Below, in pieces: positions 63,190 through 64,000 of a stretch of 64,000 nt of DNA. Origin of the DNA: Amphiscolops sp. MND2022 (taxonomy: Eukaryota); assembly GCA_964187785.1 (NCBI GenBank), contig OZ076419.1, forward strand, positions 39,804,001 through 39,868,000, given 5' to 3'. Both the position numbers and the translations under genes were made by a program. Position 1 is the stretch's first letter; each line of letters begins with the position of its first letter. Under the pieces are notes generated by a model, which had not been told where the DNA came from, made no database searches, and saw only the letters and a list, made by a program, of their open reading frames with translations.

Positions 63190-64000
63190 GCAGTTCGAGA
63201 CGGGCACCTACCTATCAGGCCATAGTCCACAACTTCGCTAACTTGCGACCTTCAATTGCCTGTACAATCATCAAGGATAGGAAACAGGTAGAACATGATT
63301 ACTCAACGCTGATACGTGCACGTGCGCGCTGCGCTCTACCCCTGCACCTAGAATTCCAACCAATTTGGTGGTTACACATACCTCTCAACCCAGAAACAGG
63401 TGCAGTAAATGATTTTCCTGGCTGGGATGTAGCGGTGATCCTTATGCGTGTGATACCTCAAGGATGTACTGGGCAAGGGCGGAACCCCGTGTCAACACTG
63501 CCACCATCTGGAAAAAAACCACCTATTGAACAAAGCCAGAACTGGTAGACCAAGTTATCAATCAACAGTATCAAAACTTGAAAACCGTTATGCCTTTGGT
63601 AGCACGAGATCCTACAGTCAGGACCTTGCCAGTGAACAAAGTTATTCCAAGTAACCCAAAAATGGCCTCGGAGATCTTTCTCGAATTGTTGGGTCGACAG
63701 CGAGAGCGCGGAAACCCAGTCGGGGAGGGCTATGCCAAGGCAAACAAGACATACAAAAATCGGTTTGTGCAACATGGACATCATCAACTTGCGGACAACT
63801 TGCCCGAAGTGTCGCTTGAGAGCCTAACCAAAGAGCAATGAAGCAGGGACAGTTGCCACAGGCTGTTATGTCTCATCACTCGTGAACTCAAGCCATTCGG
63901 ACCCGATCCAGGTTCAGGTAACTGCCAAGGTGGAAATGACTGAAGTGGTTCCCCTAGATGAATTGGCGGTCAGTGACCCTTAAGCCTTATCAGGTAATGC
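63190..64000 (+). pseudogene. GC-richer disrupted coding sequence of an unidentified element, runs off the window
   Basis: Overlapping ORFs 63087-63548 and 63578-63841 with coding-like composition; abrupt GC rise near 63190. Confidence 0.35.

Overview
This is repeat-dense eukaryotic (invertebrate-like) DNA, about 85% mobile-element derived, with no prokaryotic-type operons or CRISPR. (1) A 14,386-bp Polinton/Maverick-type element (5933-20318) has 149-bp TIRs with AGTAGT termini (1 mismatch) and a perfect 6-bp TSD (GGCTCG). It carries an almost intact protein-primed DNA polymerase B (one frameshift) but no recognisable integrase, capsid, ATPase or protease. Its left arm holds a 114-bp tandem array and a 3-2-1 staircase higher-order array whose units each contain a long G.U-rich hairpin. 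(2) This element appears to sit inside a ~16-kb intron that splits an F-type-lectin-like (FTP/F5/8C) domain of a host gene. (3) Several Ty3/Gypsy LTR retrotransposons, named A-D here, share one PBS (TGGT[G/A]ACAGGAG): full-length decayed A (31587-42866), B (~45930-59029, apparently nested in D), a solo B LTR, non-autonomous C (25779-30426) and D (short LTR). In A, B and C the gag frame starts inside the LTR and reads through the PBS. (4) There are also MITEs, a 124-bp templated duplication, and GC-richer disrupted ORFs of unknown elements at both window edges. All alignments, identities and folds were judged by eye; no database searches were run.
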